From NCBI GenBank assembly GCA_963696385.1, contig CAVOKF010000004.1:896001-960000 (forward strand): a stretch of 64,000 nucleotides of DNA, written 5' to 3'. Below are positions 59,558 through 64,000 of this stretch, piece by piece. The translations under genes were made by a program, and so were the position numbers. The stretch is from an uncultured delta proteobacterium (GTDB lineage: Bacteria > Myxococcota_A > Polyangia > Polyangiales > Polyangiaceae). Each line of letters starts with the position of its first letter. Position 1 is the stretch's first letter. Below the pieces are notes generated by a model, which was not told the DNA's origin, searched no databases, and saw only the letters and a program-made list of their open reading frames with translations.

Positions 59558-60367
59558 GTGCCGACCGCCGAGGATCTCGCGCTCCAATACGACGAAATGG
59601 AGGCACGTCTCACCGCGCCCGTGAGCGAGCGCATGCTGGATCTGGCCGGCGTTCGCGAGGGAATGCGCGTGCTCGATCTGGCGTCGGGGCGCGGAGAGCC
59701 GGCGCTGCGTGCGGCGCGGCGCGTGGGACCGACGGGACACGTCCTCGGCGTCGACCTCCAGGACGCCCTTCTCGAGGTCGCGCGCGTTCGGGCGAAGCAG
59801 GGCGGCCTCGCGAACGTCGAGCTCCGGGTGACGGACGCAGAGGAGGTCGACGAGGTGGCGCGCGGCTTCGACGTCGCGATGTCGCGTTGGGGGCTCATGT
59901 ACATGGCGTCGCCCGTGCGCGCGCTTTCGGCGGTGCGGCGCGCGCTGGTGCCGGGGGGCTGCCTGGTCGTTGCGCTGTGGATCGATCCCGAGCGCGCGTC
60001 ATGGTGGAGCGTGCCGCGCCGCGCGACGAGCCGCTTCGCCGAGCTCCCGCCCGTGAGCCCCGAGGGACCGAGCCCCTTCCGCTACGCGGCGCACGCGACG
60101 ATCGCGCGAGATTTCTGCGACGCCGGCTTCGCGATCACGCAGACGGAGGAGCGCGAAATCCAGGTCGTCGAGGCGGAGGACGGCGCCGGCATCGTCGCGT
60201 GGGTGCGCGCGGTCCTCGGGCGCTGGGCGGCGCTCGTGCCGGAGAGCGCGCGCGGCGCGTGGGAGGCCGAGGTCGCGCGCGAGGCCGAAGCACACCGCGA
60301 CGGCGCGATGCTCCGTCTCGGCGGCGTGACGCGCATCGTCGTCGCGCGCGCGGCTGAGGTTTGCTGA
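59558..60367 (+). CDS. Class I SAM-dependent methyltransferase
   Basis: VLDLASGRGEP, GVDL, FDVAMSRWGLMY, LVPGG. Confidence 0.88.
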   Translation: MPTAEDLALQYDEMEARLTAPVSERMLDLAGVREGMRVLDLASGRGEPALRAARRVGPTGHVLGVDLQDALLEVARVRAKQGGLANVELRVTDAEEVDEVARGFDVAMSRWGLMYMASPVRALSAVRRALVPGGCLVVALWIDPERASWWSVPRRATSRFAELPPVSPEGPSPFRYAAHATIARDFCDAGFAITQTEEREIQVVEAEDGAGIVAWVRAVLGRWAALVPESARGAWEAEVAREAEAHRDGAMLRLGGVTRIVVARAAEVC

Positions 60368-60814
60368 GGGTGGCTGACGAGATGGAGGAGGTGGCTCATC
60401 ACCGAAGGCTCGGATGCGTTCAACGTCATGTTTCCCTCCCTGCGGAGGGCCTCGACGACTTCGTCCAGAAGGTGGTTGCCGAGCTCCAGCGCCGGAGATC
60501 TTCCGCCGCGAGTACGTAGAAACGACGCTCCGGGAGAGCCTGCGGCTCGAGCCCCAAGAATCGTTGGCTTTGATTCCACCGGAGGGTTCGGGGACGCCTT
60601 TCGGACGACGCTCAGCAGCCGGCCCCCCGCGCGACTGCTCCCCGCAGTCGTGCCGCAGGCTCCAGGCGGGCGCGTCTTCGCTCGCCGCATCCGCGGGCGC
60701 CGCGGCCGCGCCGCGATCGGCGGTGGCGTCCAACCCCGACCCACTCCTTCAGGCGCGGCTTTGCGGGAATATCCCGTCGGCCCCACTGGCTTGATGGCTC
60801 GGGGGTACGTGCTG

Positions 60815-61780
60815 ATGCTTCCGTATGTCCACGTGGCGGACCTGAACTTCTTCGGCCTCCACCTTCACCCGTTCGGGCTCCTCGTCGTTGCCGCGATCAC
60901 GACGGGCATGGCGCTCGCTCGCTGGCGCGCGCGGCGGCACGGCTATGACCTTCAGAAGCTCGAGGCGTTCATCGGGTGGACGCTCTTCGTCGGGTTCATC
61001 TCGGCGCACGTGCTCGACATGCTGCTCTATCACCCGGACCGCGTGCTCACGCACCCCTGGTCGCTTCTCTTCATCTGGGAGGGGATCGGATCGTTCAGCG
61101 GGTTCGTGGGCGCGCTGGCCGGGGCGGTGATGTGGCGCCACTTCGACTGGCAGTCACGTGTGGTTGGACCGTGGACGATCGCGCGGCTCCGTCTCGGCCC
61201 GTACACGCTCTCGCGGCTCGTGCGGCGACGGGCCTCTTTGCCGATCCTTCCGTTCGCGGACCTCATCCTCTCCGTCTTTCCGATCGCGTGGATCTTCGGG
61301 CGCGCGGGGTGCTCGATCGCCCATGACCACCCGGGCGGGCTGGCGCATGACGGCGCGGCGCTAGCGGTCGGGTTCCCGTCGTCCAATCCATCCGTGGTGG
61401 ACGGCCCGGGCGCGCACCAGACCCTGGGACCGCTCACGATCATCCACGGCCACTTCGCACGCTATGACCTCGGAACGCTCGAACTCCTGTTCACGATCGG
61501 ACTCGCGCTGGTGTTCGTCGGGCTATGGCGCCGGCGACACGTGACCGGAACGTACGTGGTGATCGTCAGCCTCTTGTACGCGCCAGCCCGCTTCGCCATG
61601 GACTTTCTCCGTATCACAGACACCCCGGACGCCGATCCGCGCTACCGCTCGCTCACCCCCGCGCAGTGGCTGTGCATCGCGCTGTTCGTGACGGGCCTCT
61701 TCCTCGTCCGGCACATCGTCCGTTCGAAGCGAAGCGGCATCGAGCCCGCCATCGCGGTTCTGGCCACCCCGACGGACTGA
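60815..61780 (+). CDS. lgt: Prolipoprotein diacylglyceryl transferase family protein
   Basis: HPFGLLV, IWEGIGSFSGF, FGRAGC..HDHPG, RFAMDFLR, LTPAQW; multiple TM segments. Confidence 0.85.
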   Translation: MLPYVHVADLNFFGLHLHPFGLLVVAAITTGMALARWRARRHGYDLQKLEAFIGWTLFVGFISAHVLDMLLYHPDRVLTHPWSLLFIWEGIGSFSGFVGALAGAVMWRHFDWQSRVVGPWTIARLRLGPYTLSRLVRRRASLPILPFADLILSVFPIAWIFGRAGCSIAHDHPGGLAHDGAALAVGFPSSNPSVVDGPGAHQTLGPLTIIHGHFARYDLGTLELLFTIGLALVFVGLWRRRHVTGTYVVIVSLLYAPARFAMDFLRITDTPDADPRYRSLTPAQWLCIALFVTGLFLVRHIVRSKRSGIEPAIAVLATPTD

Positions 61781-61831
61781 TAACGCGTCTTGACAGAGGG
61801 GCGACGACGCGGGTGAAATGCACGGAAATCG

Positions 61832-62578
61832 ATGGTGGGGGGCACCGGATCGCTGCGCCATCGACCCGCGCGCTGTGCGTTGCACGATCTCGCATGCGGG
61901 CCCGATGGAGCATGCGTGCTGTGCCGGCGATCGGCGTTGTCCGGGGCGGGCGTCGGCGCGGGTGGGCGTCAGGTGGCCGTGTGGCTTGCGGGCTTTGGCG
62001 TCTTGGTGGCCGCAGCCGTCGCGTACCGATTGGTGCCCCGAGCCCCGGCGCTCTCCGAAGGAGGCGTCGCGGCCGCGGGATCGCTCTTGCCGGAGAGCGC
62101 CACCGACGCAGCGCGCGGTGGGTTCGCTGGCCCGCTTTCCTCGACGCGCCCCGCCATCGATCCCGCGCACGCCGAGCAGCTCCGGGCTCTTCAAGCGCTT
62201 GGCCGTTCGAGCGATCCGCCGCGGATGGCTGCCCTTGTGGCGAGGGCCTCCTCGGCGCCGCCCCCCGCCGCGATCGAGCATCGACCCGCCATGAACGAGC
62301 TTCCCGTCCCCCACGTGCACGTCCTCGTCTACACGACGAGCTGGTGCCCCGTGTGCAAGAAAGCGAAGCGATGGATGGCTTCGTCCGGCGTCCCGTACGA
62401 AGAACGCGACGTCGAGGCTTCGTCGGCCGACGCGCGGCAAATGCGCCAAATCAACCCGCGCGGCAGCGTGCCAACCTTCGATGTCGATGGAGAAGTGCTC
62501 GTCGGATTCAGCCCCGACGGCCTGATCGCCACCATGAAACGCGCCGCAGCACACCAGGAGCTGCGGCAGCCATGGTGA
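61832..62578 (+). CDS. Membrane-anchored glutaredoxin (NrdH-like) with N-terminal Cys/His motif
   Basis: CALHDLACGPDGACVLC, one TM, linker, YTTSWCPVC, SVPTF, VGFS. Confidence 0.82.
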   Translation: MVGGTGSLRHRPARCALHDLACGPDGACVLCRRSALSGAGVGAGGRQVAVWLAGFGVLVAAAVAYRLVPRAPALSEGGVAAAGSLLPESATDAARGGFAGPLSSTRPAIDPAHAEQLRALQALGRSSDPPRMAALVARASSAPPPAAIEHRPAMNELPVPHVHVLVYTTSWCPVCKKAKRWMASSGVPYEERDVEASSADARQMRQINPRGSVPTFDVDGEVLVGFSPDGLIATMKRAAAHQELRQPW

Positions 62579-62679
62579 CGTGATCGGAATCCGCAAAAAA
62601 GTGGTGGATGCGAATAGGTGAAACAAAGCCTGGCGGACGACGAAGAGCCGCGGAAACCACCGCGGTCCCATGTGCGAAG

Positions 62680-63016
62680 GTCGGTGACCTACAGGCGAAC
62701 GTGATTTCAGCCGATGATTTGGAGAAGTCCCGTTTCACGTTCGCGTCGTATGGGTCCCGGACGATCAATCTACTGAAGGCGCACGGGGCGTGGGGAGATG
62801 CAGTTCCTGCGCCGCAGCCTCCTTGCGGGCGCGTTCAAGTTCGATGATCGGCGCGAACAGGTTCTCTCGCGGCGATTTCTAGAGCAGTTCCGCTCGAACA
62901 TCAACTGGGTGACGAAGCTCGTCTGCATCGGATACAGTTTCGGGGATATCCATATCAACAGCGTTGTCCTAGGGTGGCTCGAAGTGGCTACAGAGCGGCG
63001 CCTGTTCGCGAGATGA
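62680..63016 (+). pseudogene. SIR2-like (SIR2_2) domain remnant
   Basis: INLLKAHG in one frame, then LVCIGYSFGDIHIN in another frame. No N-terminal part. Confidence 0.7.
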
Positions 63017-63328
63017 CTCGCGGATGAAGTAGTCAGAGAAGTCTGCGGGGCCGGCATCGAACGCGTCGATGGCTCGCCGAACAATCGCGTCGTGCTCGAC
63101 GGTTACCCCCGTGGAACCGACCAATCTGCGGAGCGCCGCGGCGATCGCGGACCGCTCTTGTTTGCAGGCGACCCGCAAGACCCATACGACCTCTACCAGG
63201 ACGGTCGCCGAGAAGAACGCGCCACCTTCGTCGACGGCCCGTCGGAAGGCGCGCTCAGCCCGCTCGCATTGAGCCGGATCGTCCTCGACGACCAAGCGAA
63301 CGACAACGTTCGTGTCGAAGGATTTCAA
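62969..63328 (-). CDS. vapC: VapC PIN-domain toxin, C-terminus probably truncated
   Basis: FDTNVVVR, VLVEVVWVL, ADFSDYFI. The usual terminal TFD motif is missing. Confidence 0.8.
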   Translation of the reverse strand: MKSFDTNVVVRLVVEDDPAQCERAERAFRRAVDEGGAFFSATVLVEVVWVLRVACKQERSAIAAALRRLVGSTGVTVEHDAIVRRAIDAFDAGPADFSDYFIRESSREQAPLCSHFEPP

Positions 63329-63570
63329 CGTGACAGCGCCCCTGAGGCAATGGCGCGCTCGATGTCCTCCGCAAATAGTGGACCAACGCCCGGCGGCAAC
63401 TTGATGCGCGAGCCCAGAAGCTCGTCGACGGTCAACCGGCGCTCGGACACGACGGTAGGCGATTCATCGAGCGCGATGAGCTCGACGTGTTTGCCGAGAA
63501 GCGGGCGCAGCGCGGGGATCGCCTGAACGACCGTTTCGTCAATCGTAGTGTCTACCCTGATGGCGTTCAT
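63325..63570 (-). CDS. Putative antitoxin coupled to VapC
   Basis: 81 aa, stop overlaps the toxin start, ends EDIERAIASGA. Confidence 0.65.
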   Translation of the reverse strand: MNAIRVDTTIDETVVQAIPALRPLLGKHVELIALDESPTVVSERRLTVDELLGSRIKLPPGVGPLFAEDIERAIASGALSR

Positions 63571-63625
63571 CGTGGCTTCATGATGCCCCCCTTTCCACCT
63601 TTCGCCCACCTGTGTTGGCTACTTT

Positions 63626-64000
63626 CCTCCTCCGCCGCGGCAGGCGGTCGCGGAGCTCGTCTCGGGGATCCGAGCGGCGCTCTTCCCGTGGCACTCCGGC
63701 ACGTCGGACCTATCGGGCGAAGGGCTGGTCTATTACGTCGGCCGCACGCTCGACGCGTCGCTCGCCGTGCTCGAACAGCAGGTCCGGGTGGGCCTGCTGT
63801 TCGAGGGCCAGCACGGCGAAACCGTCAATGCTGCGGACGCCTCGCGCGCGACGGCAATCGTGCACGCGTTCGCGTCCCGGCTTCCCGCGTTGCGGGAGAT
63901 CCTCGAGAGCGACGCGCGCGCCGCTTACGAAGGGGACCCGGCCGCCACGAGCGCGGACGAGACGAATTTCTCGTACGCGGGGATGACGGCCATCACCTAC
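63626..64000 (+). pseudogene. cysE: Serine O-acetyltransferase (EpsC/CysE long type), lacks a start codon and runs off the right edge
   Basis: Manual translation: IRAALFP..YYVGRTLD..LPALREILESDARAAYEGDPAA..SYAG. In-frame TGA at 63581 with no ATG/GTG/TTG before homology starts. Confidence 0.75.

Noticed and set aside
60370..60600. Possible minus-strand gene remnant (ELGNHLLDEVVEALRREGN)
   Set aside because: Protein-like but no family recognisable and no coherent ORF

Overview
GC-rich bacterial DNA. Many Ser/Gly/Asp-rich lipoproteins, paralogous FGE-sulfatase proteins and several ECF sigma/anti-sigma modules suggest Myxococcota, probably Polyangiales (inference). This is mostly accessory DNA. 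(1) 0-14 kb: secreted and redox proteins, namely two FGE-domain lipoproteins, a CX3CH cytochrome c lipoprotein, a Tat Rieske protein and an orphan DNA methyltransferase. An ECF sigma/NrsF-like anti-sigma pair is divergent from a lipoprotein made of two nearly identical truncated-hemoglobin domains. (2) 14-21 kb: a five-gene FIST(NosP)/PAS-kinase/HDOD/degenerate HD-GYP/hybrid-kinase signalling operon. (3) 21-29 kb: chrA and a GltD-like/nifJ(PFOR)/DHODH-like operon. (4) 29-37 kb: an ECF operon, lipoproteins, an FAD oxidase and a methyltransferase. (5) 35.6-45 kb: a deletion-riddled zone of gene fragments (thioesterase, YafY, ClC, MazF, tectonin-like, NtrC, ECF42) around intact GH15 and zwf genes, plus an att-like tRNA-Met 3' fragment. 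(6) 45-62 kb: mixed stress, metabolic and CAZyme genes and lgt. (7) 62.6-64 kb: a SIR2 remnant, a VapBC-like pair and a 5'-truncated serine acetyltransferase. I found no intact tRNA, rRNA, CRISPR array, integrase or transposase. The most novel-looking system is the exported tandem globin lipoprotein with a candidate ECF promoter next to the ECF/NrsF pair. All calls come from reading motifs by eye; no searches were run.
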